From NCBI GenBank assembly GCA_964431415.1, contig CAYSJS010000001.1, positions 1,740 to 65,739 on the forward strand: 64,000 nucleotides of DNA, written 5' to 3'. Positions within the stretch are counted from its first letter, which is position 1, and every line of letters starts with the position of its first letter. The stretch is from an uncultured Candidatus Saccharibacteria bacterium. Its GTDB lineage: Bacteria; Patescibacteriota; Saccharimonadia; Saccharimonadales; JACDBH01. The notes under the pieces are model-generated. The model had not been told where the DNA came from and searched no databases. It saw only the letters and a list, made by a program, of their open reading frames with translations. A program made the position numbers and the translations under genes. Positions 53,853 to 62,984 of the stretch are shown here, in pieces.

Positions 53853-53928
53853 AGGGGAGTAGCTCAGCTGGTAGAGTACCGGTCTCCAAAACCGATGGTC
53901 GCAGGTTCGATCCCTGTCTCCCCTGCCA
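53853..53928 (+). tRNA. tRNA-Trp (anticodon CCA), CCA encoded
   Basis: Acceptor AGGGGAG/CTCCCCT, anticodon arm CCGGT-CTCCAAA-ACCGA (one C-A mismatch), T arm GCAGG-TTCGATC-CCTGT. Confidence 0.88.
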
Positions 53929-53939
53929 AGCATAAGCAC
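53920..53939 (+). repeat. Copy 0 of the direct repeat (tRNA-Trp 3' end plus 11 nt): cccctgccaagcataagcac
   Basis: Read directly. Also forms the left arm of a hairpin, caagcataagcac/gtgtttgtgcttg (53927-53964). Confidence 0.7.
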
Positions 53940-53998
53940 TTTGACAATGGAGTGTTTGTGCTTGCAAGTTCTATTGCATACTGGTAACATTCATCCTT

Positions 53999-54289
53999 AT
54001 GGCAACACATGAATCAGTAAATGCCGCAATTATAGCGATAAATACATATCAAAAAGATCATCCAGTTAGAACAGCAACTTGGGCAGGCCAAGTTATTGGG
54101 GTAGTAGGAGTTAAGGCTGAAGACGGAACCCCAGGATATGGTATAGGCATAAGTGAATCTACTATGAGGCCACATACAGCCCTCTATGACAAAAGAATAT
54201 CTAGAATCTTGGCGAGTAAAGGACTAGCCGATGTATCGGTTCATGTTATAGAGGTGGATCCTTATTATTTGGATCCTAATTGGCAGTGA
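53999..54289 (+). CDS. Hypothetical 96-aa protein
   Basis: ORF only. Confidence 0.45.
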   Translation: MATHESVNAAIIAINTYQKDHPVRTATWAGQVIGVVGVKAEDGTPGYGIGISESTMRPHTALYDKRISRILASKGLADVSVHVIEVDPYYLDPNWQ

Positions 54290-54357
54290 TTTCTAATCCT
54301 TATATTGAATAAAGTTCCAAAAAGAGTCGACTAGCTCCTGCCAAATATAAGTAGTTT

Positions 54358-54387
54358 AAAAAGAACTTCGTCTGGAGTTCTTTTTTG
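54358..54387. terminator. Bidirectional terminator between convergent genes
   Basis: agaacttc / ggagttct form an 8-bp stem with one G-U pair and a 4-nt loop. Flanked by an A-run and a T6 run. Confidence 0.6.
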
Positions 54388-54390
54388 TTA

Positions 54391-54927
54391 TTATTTTACC
54401 AATAAAAAAGTAGATACGTTCCAAATAATAACTAGCAACAATAAAGGAGATTCCCAATACCCAGCTTTTAAGATACTTCTTAGTACATATTGCACTATTA
54501 AGAGGAGGACAGTAGAAACTATTATCACAATACTGATCGTGTTATTGATGGTATGAATTTGAAAAGTCAGTAAACACATACCCAGAGTTATTAAGGCAAC
54601 ACTGGCTTGAACTAGTTTTCTGTGAAGAATAATATGTTTTGTTACAACTATAGAAGAAGCTATCAAGAGAATGCTGCCAGCCAACATTAAACTACTGATT
54701 GCTTGTTTATGTTCAATGTTCAAAGTCTCAATAATATAGAGCGCATAAAAAAGCTGAAGGGTAGTAAATACAGAAATTACAACTATAAACCTTGTTTTAC
54801 TCCGCTTGCTCTTAGCTAAGGCCGAGATAGGTTTTTTTAATAAACTATATCTTTTATCTAACGATGCAAGCCATATTAAGCTCAAAACAATAAAGAGTAT
54901 ATTAAAAATACTAAGATAAACAAGCAT
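54391..54927 (-). CDS. Hypothetical polytopic membrane protein (178 aa) in a visibly AT-rich segment
   Basis: Five to six hydrophobic helices with Ile/Leu/Lys-rich, AT-biased codons. Confidence 0.5.
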   Translation of the reverse strand: MLVYLSIFNILFIVLSLIWLASLDKRYSLLKKPISALAKSKRSKTRFIVVISVFTTLQLFYALYIIETLNIEHKQAISSLMLAGSILLIASSIVVTKHIILHRKLVQASVALITLGMCLLTFQIHTINNTISIVIIVSTVLLLIVQYVLRSILKAGYWESPLLLLVIIWNVSTFLLVK

Positions 54928-55037
54928 TACGGATATAATACCAAAGCATCAGATAATGCTTAAGTTTCTTGCTATAACTACAATCTTAAACATTTCAAGC
55001 ATGTTTTTCTTAACAATGTTCCTTCTCATTCCTGCTT

Positions 55038-55057
55038 GCCCTACCAAGCATAAGCAC
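55038..55057 (+). repeat. Copy 1 of the tRNA-Trp 3'-end repeat: gccctaccaagcataagcac
   Basis: 18 of 20 nt identical to copy 0. Confidence 0.65.
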
Positions 55058-55130
55058 GTTGTGCAAGAACAAAGCATTTATGGCATAAGTTATGCTTTAC
55101 TATTAAGCCAGTATATTTTATAATATAAAT

Positions 55131-55523
55131 ATGTCACAAAATAGCTGGATACCGATGGGCGATTCTGAACGTTTATTCGACCTGACCGAAGGGGCGATTG
55201 TTAGCCATTTAGCTTTACCTCAAGGTACTGATATGGATCGAATCCTGGTGCATGGCGGCCGCCTAGAGAGATTAACGCGGTGGGCAGGCGCAAAACAATT
55301 AGTTTTAGCCGGGGCAGATTTAGGATACGAGCGTCCCGATATGGCCGATATAGATGCCGCCGCCGATGGAGTCACAACTTTAATAGGACTCAGAAAACAG
55401 CCGAAACAAGATTTATCGAGCCCTCAATACATCGACGACAACAATCCGGTTCGCAGAAACCCAGTTGACGGCTTGATGCGAGGAACGAACCAAATACCAA
55501 GCATGGTATTTGGCAGCTTATAA
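55131..55523 (+). CDS. Hypothetical 130-aa protein
   Basis: ORF only. Overlaps the next ORF by 14 nt. Confidence 0.45.
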   Translation: MSQNSWIPMGDSERLFDLTEGAIVSHLALPQGTDMDRILVHGGRLERLTRWAGAKQLVLAGADLGYERPDMADIDAAADGVTTLIGLRKQPKQDLSSPQYIDDNNPVRRNPVDGLMRGTNQIPSMVFGSL

Positions 55524-55974
55524 AGCAGATTCGTTGGTATTGCACTTAGATAAAGCCGGTTTGGCTGACCGAGTTAAAGATGACCCAAAAAATGAAAAAT
55601 CATTTATAGACGAAACGATTTGGGCCAAACATTTAGATAAAGAGGTTCGAAACGGTATTCTCACAGGAGCAGAAGCTAGATACGTTGGCGATCATCGGCT
55701 GAACGCCGCATTTCTTGCATTAGCTAATGCCTATTACATTAAGGACATCTACACTATGTTCACCACAGGCCAGCCGACAGGCTGGGGCATGGGTGTATTA
55801 GCCGCGAAGACTGTCCAGATGATGGTAGGCACTTATCGCATCAGAACAGGAGAAGCGACAGCGAGAGATCACAACTGGACAGCACTCATCATTCCAGAGT
55901 ATCGAACAGACAGGTTACTGATGACTGCGTTATGCTCTAAAATGGGCGGTAAAGTAATAAAAGCTGCTGCCTGA
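55510..55974 (+). CDS. Hypothetical 154-aa protein (TTG start)
   Basis: ORF only. Could be the 3' part of a frameshifted single gene together with 55131-55523. Confidence 0.4.
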   Translation: MAAYKADSLVLHLDKAGLADRVKDDPKNEKSFIDETIWAKHLDKEVRNGILTGAEARYVGDHRLNAAFLALANAYYIKDIYTMFTTGQPTGWGMGVLAAKTVQMMVGTYRIRTGEATARDHNWTALIIPEYRTDRLLMTALCSKMGGKVIKAAA

Positions 55975-55999
55975 AATTGTTACAAAAGCACTCGACTAA

Positions 56000-56019
56000 C
56001 CCCTGCCAAGCACAAACAG
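56000..56019 (+). repeat. Copy 2 of the tRNA-Trp 3'-end repeat: cccctgccaagcacaaacag
   Basis: 17 of 20 nt identical to copy 0. Confidence 0.6.
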
Positions 56020-56063
56020 CATAGAAGAGGACATCGTTAGGTCTCTTTTGGTATTATTAAGCT

Positions 56064-56459
56064 ATGCAAAACGGTCGGCTCATACGGCTCATTAGTTCAG
56101 AAGATCATGACATTTCCCGTGATGAATTAGTGAATATCATTAGAAAAACCGGCACAGACAGGTATGACCGGAGGCGGAAACATATATTTTTTGATTTTTA
56201 CGGCAAACACGACTTTGACTTTTTTGCCGGCAGATCTAGCACCGAGAGTCTCGAGGAAGATATTAAGGAAGCGGTACGTTTATTCCCCGAAAGAACCAAA
56301 GGCGACAGAGGCAATGCGGTACATCCAGACATCGTGATTATCTACGACAGCAGCAAGTGCACCGAACTAGACGGCGTCTATGATTATAAAAGCGGCAGCG
56401 ACTGTTTTAAGTTCAAAACAAACCCGCTCGATGCTTTGGTTGAGGTGAGGGTTGTTTAA
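56064..56459 (+). CDS. Hypothetical 131-aa protein
   Basis: ORF only. Its last 52 nt are repeated at 57703-57754. Confidence 0.5.
   Translation: MQNGRLIRLISSEDHDISRDELVNIIRKTGTDRYDRRRKHIFFDFYGKHDFDFFAGRSSTESLEEDIKEAVRLFPERTKGDRGNAVHPDIVIIYDSSKCTELDGVYDYKSGSDCFKFKTNPLDALVEVRVV
56401..56452 (+). repeat. 52-nt direct repeat, copy 1 (3' end of the 56064-56459 gene)
   Basis: actgttttaagttcaaaacaaacccgctcgatgctttggttgaggtgagggt. Confidence 0.8.
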
Positions 56460-56479
56460 GTCTGTCACGAGCCATTATG

Positions 56480-57565
56480 TTAATAGCTTTCGACAGCCCC
56501 ATCAGTGAGAGCACGAATGAAGTCATCAAGCTGCGTTTGCACGGCACTGGTATAGATGCCTTTACTTGCGTTAGCAAAATACGTTTTTACTTTACTGTCG
56601 TATATATTTTGTGCTTCTTGTGAACTTTCATTGAGTCCTTTTGCTTTTATTTCATCAAGTACGGTCTTATATAAAGCGTCAAATTCAGGATCGGTTGGCT
56701 TTAAGTTAGCATATACGACCTCGGTGTTCTCGCCATTAGTGGCTACAACGTACATTGTAAACTCAGTCAAACTAGTATCTAGGCTGCAACACGTATGGTG
56801 GGACGCAACAAGAACGCCCTTAAGACTTCCCGAGGTATTCATTACAGTTTCCATCCGTTGCATGTCTACAGGACCGTCGCTTGCCTGGAACAGCCACTGA
56901 AATTGTGGCCCATACTCTGCTAGTACATTCTTTTTATTCTCTGATACCTTGTTTAACAGATTGTATATGCTCTGATTACCAATACTTTTTTCACCTGCCG
57001 CATCATGCAATACATAGGTCGTTTTACTTCCAAGCATATTGAATTTCACCTCTCCATGCTTCTCTGAAGAATCGGTCAGCGATGTCTTGCTAACCATAAA
57101 ATAGGCATTCTCAGAGTCACTCGCATAATACACATTGCGTTTATAGTTCACTTTTGTCTCATACAGCCACTTTGAATTGGGTTTGAGTGTGAGTGATATT
57201 TTGTCTTTTTTTAAGATAACCGTCCCTGGAGATTTTACAAAACCCGCTTCAGTTTCTTCTTTGACTTTTTCTTTGGTTGCGCCATTCTGGTCAGCGTTCG
57301 AGCTAGTATCCGTCTCAACGTTTTGATCATTTGTTGCATCCGGCAGAATTACCTTGCTATCTGAGTTTTGAGATGCGTTTTTCCCGCCATATGCAATTAC
57401 TATAATCATTGCCACTACGAATAGTGATGCTATGACTGCAGCTACAATAAGCCTCTTTTTTGTAACAAGTTTTTTGAGTGGTTCAGACTTCGTAACCGGA
57501 TCCTTAACGAAACCGCTGCTTTGATCCAGAGCAGCATTTATATTCTCGTCGTTTTTATCCTCCAT
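56480..57565 (-). CDS. Hypothetical membrane-anchored extracytoplasmic protein (361 aa)
   Basis: Acidic N-terminus, single TM helix (LIVAAVIASLFVVAMIIVIAY), then a large C-terminal domain. Confidence 0.55.
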   Translation of the reverse strand: MEDKNDENINAALDQSSGFVKDPVTKSEPLKKLVTKKRLIVAAVIASLFVVAMIIVIAYGGKNASQNSDSKVILPDATNDQNVETDTSSNADQNGATKEKVKEETEAGFVKSPGTVILKKDKISLTLKPNSKWLYETKVNYKRNVYYASDSENAYFMVSKTSLTDSSEKHGEVKFNMLGSKTTYVLHDAAGEKSIGNQSIYNLLNKVSENKKNVLAEYGPQFQWLFQASDGPVDMQRMETVMNTSGSLKGVLVASHHTCCSLDTSLTEFTMYVVATNGENTEVVYANLKPTDPEFDALYKTVLDEIKAKGLNESSQEAQNIYDSKVKTYFANASKGIYTSAVQTQLDDFIRALTDGAVESY

Positions 57566-57702
57566 ATATAATCCGTATTTAAGTTTATACTGTCATATTA
57601 CCATAACCATCTTTAACACAATATGCATGAGGATAAACAGAACACTTACATTATCTTGGCTGACACCAGCAACCCACAAACAAGATGCCGCTTTACATAA
57701 AA

Positions 57703-57754
57703 ACTGTTTTAAGTTCACAACAAATCCGCTCGATGCTTTGGTTGAGGTAAGAGT
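57703..57754 (+). repeat. 52-nt direct repeat, copy 2 (4 mismatches), inside a short remnant ORF (57627-57809)
   Basis: actgttttaagttcacaacaaatccgctcgatgctttggttgaggtaagagt. Both copies translate to CFKF.TNPLDALVEVRV. Confidence 0.8.
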
Positions 57755-57856
57755 AATCCATTCAGAAAGAAAACACCAGACACAGTCATCCCCGCTTTCA
57801 CAAGGCTAGACAATACCTCTTTTGTTTAAAACAAACGGCATATGTATTCTTGAACT

Positions 57857-58693
57857 ATGTCAAACCCCAATGCCTACTTACAAAACCTTCATGCCCGGCT
57901 GGAAGAACTTCGGACTGGAGATAGGGCATACCAACTTGCTAGTGACGCAATAGTAGAAACCCTTCCCTATGTTCACGCAAACGCCGTTGAAACGGAAAAT
58001 CAACGTTTGCTCGACGTAGGCTGTGGCCTGGGTTTTTTATCTGTAAGACTGGCAGAACGGGAAAACGCCGAAGTGGTAGGCATAGATCCATCTGCCGAGG
58101 CTATTGAACTAGCAAGAAAAGAGCATGCACATGTTACTAATGTGAGGTATTACACCGCAGCAGCTGAAGAGTTTCCGGAGATGATGAAACGCCTTGGAGA
58201 AGAACCATTCGACAGGGCAGTTTTAAACATGGTACTACACTCTTTAGATGATAAAGCTTGTCTCGACGCCCTAAGCGGCGTACACCGAGCATTAGTTCCT
58301 TATGGAGGGGTTACACTTGTTGTACCCGACGAACTTTGGACAATGAGGAAGCTCATACAGCACGCCCAGCGCCAGGGAATGGAGCGCGACGAAGGCATGG
58401 CTTGGGTACGTGACATGCTTGGCGAAAAATCGGTCGAAATAGATATAGCAATACATGGTCATGAGCCATGGCCAGAACCTATTACAATATACAATCGTAG
58501 CGTTCAAGATTATGGCAGTTTGCTGAATGCTGCGAACTTTGGTTTCGAAATAGCTTTTGAAACCGAAACGGACGGAGTAGCAACGAGGACGACAAAGGAA
58601 GTCGACTACTGGGAGTTTAAAGACTACTTGAGTGGATTTGAACTAAGCATACACGATAGACACATTCTTGTAAGTGCGGCATGTCCTAAATAG
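57857..58693 (+). CDS. Class I SAM-dependent methyltransferase
   Basis: Motif I LLDVGCGLGFLS and post-I VVGIDPS. Confidence 0.75.
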   Translation: MSNPNAYLQNLHARLEELRTGDRAYQLASDAIVETLPYVHANAVETENQRLLDVGCGLGFLSVRLAERENAEVVGIDPSAEAIELARKEHAHVTNVRYYTAAAEEFPEMMKRLGEEPFDRAVLNMVLHSLDDKACLDALSGVHRALVPYGGVTLVVPDELWTMRKLIQHAQRQGMERDEGMAWVRDMLGEKSVEIDIAIHGHEPWPEPITIYNRSVQDYGSLLNAANFGFEIAFETETDGVATRTTKEVDYWEFKDYLSGFELSIHDRHILVSAACPK

Positions 58694-58789
58694 CTATGAA
58701 AAGCATTGAGTAGCGGTGCAGTCTCTTGGCATAGGCCGATTCGGAACTTTATTGCGCTAAACACATTCGTCAGATACCATACACTTATA

Positions 58790-59488
58790 ATGAATATAAC
58801 GAACAAAACAATCCTTATCAGTGGCGCTAGCGATGGTATAGGCAAATCTATAGCTCTCGCTTTGTCTAAATGTAATGTCAAACTCATACTTCTTGGCAGG
58901 GACGAAGCTAAGCTCTCTGACGTAAAAAACCAGTGTGAAGCCAATGGCTCGCAAGCAGAATACCACGCTTTTGATATCACCAACGGTGCAGCGCTTGAAG
59001 CAGCGGCCAATAACATAAAACAAAATGGCTCGGTAGATGTGATCATTAACAATGCAGGCATTTGGCACAAATCCACCCCGCTCGGGCAACTTGATCCAAC
59101 CCTTATTGAAAACGTTATCGCTACCAACCTTACTGCTCATATGCAGCTCACGCGGCTTTTTATCGACGACATGAAAAGCCAGGAAACGGCCATCATAAAT
59201 ATCGTCTCTAGCGCCGGAATGCAGGGCAAAGCAGGCCGAACAGCATACGCTGCCAGCAAGTATGGCGTACGCGGCTTTACTGAAGCGCTCAGGGACGAAA
59301 CGTATGGTGATCCGATTCGAATAGGTGCGGTATTTCAAGGCGGCACCAACACGCAGATGTTCAATAAAGCCGACGAACAGATGAACCTAGAAAAATACAC
59401 CAACCCGGATGACCTGGCTGATGTGATCGCATTTATGCTCACGCGCCCGCCAAAACTATGGATCAACGAAGTCCACGTGAGCTACTAA
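58790..59488 (+). CDS. Short-chain dehydrogenase/reductase (SDR) family oxidoreductase
   Basis: ISGASDGIGKS (TGxxxGxG-type), NNAG and YAASKYGVRG (YxxxK) motifs. The ATG at 58790 was chosen. Confidence 0.85.
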   Translation: MNITNKTILISGASDGIGKSIALALSKCNVKLILLGRDEAKLSDVKNQCEANGSQAEYHAFDITNGAALEAAANNIKQNGSVDVIINNAGIWHKSTPLGQLDPTLIENVIATNLTAHMQLTRLFIDDMKSQETAIINIVSSAGMQGKAGRTAYAASKYGVRGFTEALRDETYGDPIRIGAVFQGGTNTQMFNKADEQMNLEKYTNPDDLADVIAFMLTRPPKLWINEVHVSY

Positions 59489-59638
59489 GATGCCGCTTGA
59501 TATTGGGGTAGGACTACTGCTCGGGGCTGATAGCTGCCGTAGTATTTGCGTACTAACTCGTACTTAGGCGCGGGTTATGCTTGCAACACGAACACTTTAT
59601 GCGCTTTAATACAATCCAAACTATAAAAGGGATAAACC

Positions 59639-60028
59639 ATGGTAGAAATTTTTGAGCAAGGTCTTCCACAGATACCAGGAACTGTTAACAACGAAAACGT
59701 ACTGGTCGAAGCATCGGCAGATACAGCAGTCGAAGCAACAGTTTCGAGAAGGCCTACGCTTACTGAGCTACACCGGATCGCCGACGGGCTTCTGGAAGCA
59801 GACCCAGAGTCTCCTTACGTCCAACAAACCGCTAGCTCTCTGCTCCGCGCGGTAGAGCTGATAAAAACTTTTGGCCACCAAGGGAGCAGCGACGCAGAGG
59901 ATCTCCCCGTAGACGAAGCCGTATGTGCCCAAGGCATTCAAAGATTCCTTCATAGAGCTACCATCGAGGAAATGAGGGCATCCCATAGCGCCAAACCAGC
60001 ATTCCCATACGACATTTTTGACCTCTAG
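59639..60028 (+). CDS. Hypothetical 129-aa acidic protein
   Basis: ORF only. Confidence 0.45.
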   Translation: MVEIFEQGLPQIPGTVNNENVLVEASADTAVEATVSRRPTLTELHRIADGLLEADPESPYVQQTASSLLRAVELIKTFGHQGSSDAEDLPVDEAVCAQGIQRFLHRATIEEMRASHSAKPAFPYDIFDL

Positions 60029-60099
60029 AAGCGGACCCTGGCTCGTTACTCCGATTTCTTTCTTTATTTACTTTATGGCGCCCCATTCAAGCATTAAAA

Positions 60100-60921
60100 A
60101 TGCTTAAGGCTATTGCAATATTGTTCGATTGGCCAATAATAGGCAGCATGAAAACACAACATGTACTTACTTCAATAAAACGGGCGATCATATATTCTGT
60201 TGTGGTAGGCGGATCCTTGTTCGCATACAGCCACTATATTAGCGATAAACCGGTGGATTTCGAATGGGCGTGGTATGCAGCCGTCATTACATCATCGATG
60301 ATAGTAGTGGCAATCAGCGCCGTTTTGTGGAATAAAGTTTATAAAAAGTATGAATTTCTTACACAGGAGCATGGCTTCGACATAGACAACGCTTTAGTGG
60401 ACTACTATGCAGCGGATTGGGGGAAAAGTGTAATACCGCCAAAAAGCGCGGTAAACTCTGCCATTGAGCTTATCTTTGCAGAGCAGAACGGCGTGTTAAA
60501 ATTTATCGAAAAGTACCGAGATTCACAAAAAGTTATTAATACTTTTGAACTTCCGCTAACCGCTATCAAAAAAGTGCGTCAACGTCCCTCGACGACAGGC
60601 GATGGTGGTGGCGGAGCTTATGAACAGCTACTTTATATTGAGGGATTGTCGGAAAAACTCAGTGATACTACTCGATCACATGATCATTTAGTATGGGGGA
60701 ATATTGTACGAGACGACTTTAATATGGTGCATGCATCTGCGTTAATTTCAATTGGCAGGAACACAAGCACGCAAGCCTGTAAAAGAATTCTCATAAAGGG
60801 TATGGTACAAAAACTTAATATAGACTTTTCAACAAGACATAGCGGCATCCGTAGAGAGACGACATTTGAAAAAGAACATTTAAACGGCCAGGCCGACTTC
60901 TGGTCCGATTTGCGTCCGTAA
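60100..60921 (+). CDS. Hypothetical protein with two N-terminal TM helices (273 aa)
   Basis: ORF plus hydrophobic segments. An ATG at 60148 is an alternative start. Confidence 0.5.
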   Translation: MLKAIAILFDWPIIGSMKTQHVLTSIKRAIIYSVVVGGSLFAYSHYISDKPVDFEWAWYAAVITSSMIVVAISAVLWNKVYKKYEFLTQEHGFDIDNALVDYYAADWGKSVIPPKSAVNSAIELIFAEQNGVLKFIEKYRDSQKVINTFELPLTAIKKVRQRPSTTGDGGGGAYEQLLYIEGLSEKLSDTTRSHDHLVWGNIVRDDFNMVHASALISIGRNTSTQACKRILIKGMVQKLNIDFSTRHSGIRRETTFEKEHLNGQADFWSDLRP

Positions 60922-61118
60922 TGAATTAATTTTATACGATATCTCCCTTATACCAACACTTACGCATGCCCCTCGTATTCAAAAACGTTGAAGTGCTGCT
61001 TAAAGAAATTGACAAAATAGCCCGCGCCTTACGATCAGCGAGTTATGCCAAAACGGCGTAATATGCAGGGCTTTTTTGCTTATAACGAATATGCGAAAAA
61101 CAGTAATCATGTAGAATA

Positions 61119-61715
61119 ATGCTTATGGCGCTGCAAAACATACTAGACGAAGCATCGGACTATAAATTAATAGATGCCGTATCGTATGTTCGGCCAGCGG
61201 TTTTGGACCTTGGCCTATCACCAGAGCAGATAGCTTATGTGCTCCTTTCGAGAAACTTCTACATCTCCGCACTCTACGCGGGAGTAGTAGACTACCGCGC
61301 CTCATTTACAGCGCTCAGCAATAGTGATATGCATCGGCTCACGCAGCATATACACGAAATGGGCGTCAATATCGAAGAACAGACAATCCGCACGATACTC
61401 CTGAAAGAATCGGAGTATGCGAAAAGCATCAAAGCGGTACCGGACAATTATGTTGTTTTTGATCTGGACGAAAAGGAGTTGGAGGGACAAAAAGAACATG
61501 TAGTACCCCAAGAACTTCTTGGACAAGCCACGCCATTTTCGCGCATGGATGAAATCTTCCATTCTACAAAAGAGACACACGAAAAGACCGCTATAGAAGA
61601 TGACGCCACGCAACATGCAGCACTAAAATACATTATCGCCGGCGTCTTAATCGCGCTAATTGACTTTTTCTATATTATTCCAGGCCTAACCGATTTTATC
61701 GCGAGGAGATTATAA
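61119..61715 (+). CDS. Hypothetical 198-aa protein with a C-terminal TM helix
   Basis: ORF only. Tail-anchor-like ALKYIIAGVLIALIDFFYIIPGL. Confidence 0.5.
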   Translation: MLMALQNILDEASDYKLIDAVSYVRPAVLDLGLSPEQIAYVLLSRNFYISALYAGVVDYRASFTALSNSDMHRLTQHIHEMGVNIEEQTIRTILLKESEYAKSIKAVPDNYVVFDLDEKELEGQKEHVVPQELLGQATPFSRMDEIFHSTKETHEKTAIEDDATQHAALKYIIAGVLIALIDFFYIIPGLTDFIARRL

Positions 61716-61716
61716 A

Positions 61717-62145
61717 ATGAGCGTAGAAGACGTAAAGACGCGCGGTGAAATACGAGCTAAGAAGGCGTTTTATTCTTTCCTGGGGGTAATTCTTGTTATT
61801 ACTGTACTGGCAGTAGCAACCAACATATCCCACACTCGCTATTCCTTAAAGATACAAGAAGCAATTCCGAAGTTTTGCCCGGGAGCGACAAACTTAAAAG
61901 TGCACGTAAAATTTCATCGACGTCAATATTATGTAGAGAGTGTGGACTGGACTATGCCAGACCATGCATATATCCACTGGGAGCCATCTCAGCAGAAGAT
62001 GCCTAAGCCAATGCTACAAGCGATAGTTGACTGTCAACAGTATTGGGATAAGTGCGAAAAACAAGATCTGCAATTTGTATGCACAAGGAAAGACGGGCTA
62101 GAATACACCGAATCGATAGACGATTATATTCTTAATTATTTATAA
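61717..62145 (+). CDS. Hypothetical 142-aa protein with an N-terminal TM helix and a Cys-containing ectodomain
   Basis: Starts 1 nt after the previous stop. Confidence 0.5.
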   Translation: MSVEDVKTRGEIRAKKAFYSFLGVILVITVLAVATNISHTRYSLKIQEAIPKFCPGATNLKVHVKFHRRQYYVESVDWTMPDHAYIHWEPSQQKMPKPMLQAIVDCQQYWDKCEKQDLQFVCTRKDGLEYTESIDDYILNYL

Positions 62146-62179
62146 GTCAGTCCAGGCCAAAAACCACTTTAAACGTCGT

Positions 62180-62207
62180 TTGAAAATATTTTCATCTGTT
62201 ATACAAT
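62180..62207 (+). promoter_or_regulatory. Candidate promoter (TTGAAA-N16-TACAAT)
   Basis: Hexamers at 62180-62185 and 62202-62207. Implies a leader of about 105 nt before the 62320 ATG. Confidence 0.4.
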
Positions 62208-62319
62208 AGGTGAATGATACTATTCCCAAGCAGAAGAGTTGTGGCAACGCCTGTGAACTCCGACCATACTCTATCTTTTTGGAAAACACCGACACAAAGA
62301 AGGGAAGCGTAATACCAAA

Positions 62320-62982
62320 ATGGAAAAAATTGTGCCTGAAAAACCATGCTTAATACTCTTGTACGGCTTTCCTGGAGCAGGTAAAACATACTTTTCTCGC
62401 CAGTTCTGCGAAGAAGTTCAGGCAGCTCATCTAGAAGAAGATCGCATTCGGTTTGAGTTATTCGAGAAGCCGCGGTACACCAAGCAAGAAAACTACGCGC
62501 TTAGCCGCATTATGGAATATATGACCGGGGAGTTTTTGACCGCAGGCGTGAGCGTAGTGTACGACACAAACGCCATGCGCTTAAGTCAACGGCGAGCATT
62601 GCGAGAAATCGCCCGCAGGCAAAAAGCCGAGGTGCTGGTGGTATGGTTCCAGCTCGATGCCGACACAGCATTTATCCGCAACTACAAACGCGACAGACGG
62701 CGTCTAGACGATCGCTTTGCCGCAGGCTATAACGCCGATCAATTCAAAGAACTGGCGGCTCACATGCAACAACCCGAACCTACCGAAGATTTCGTAGTGA
62801 TAAGCGGCAAACACACCTATGTCTCCCAGCGCAGTGGCGTGATCAAAAAACTCTCTGACATGCGCGTCGTTCGCCCCTCGGCGGCAATGCATAAAATGAT
62901 CAAACCCGAGCTTGTGAATCTTATTCCGAACGGACAAAGACAACACCACCCCGACGGACGCCGGTCTATTACCCTTAACTAA
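62320..62982 (+). CDS. P-loop ATPase/kinase (AAA_33 / zeta-toxin-like fold class)
   Basis: Walker A in LLYGFPGAGKTYFSRQF. About 170-aa core followed by a basic tail. Confidence 0.6.
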   Translation: MEKIVPEKPCLILLYGFPGAGKTYFSRQFCEEVQAAHLEEDRIRFELFEKPRYTKQENYALSRIMEYMTGEFLTAGVSVVYDTNAMRLSQRRALREIARRQKAEVLVVWFQLDADTAFIRNYKRDRRRLDDRFAAGYNADQFKELAAHMQQPEPTEDFVVISGKHTYVSQRSGVIKKLSDMRVVRPSAAMHKMIKPELVNLIPNGQRQHHPDGRRSITLN

Positions 62983-62984
62983 TT

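Noticed and set aside
60966-61061. 31-codon ORF (MPLVFKNVEVLLKEIDKIARALRSASYAKTA) in the 60922-61118 gap.
   Set aside because: It is very short, has no clear RBS, and cannot be tested for conservation here.
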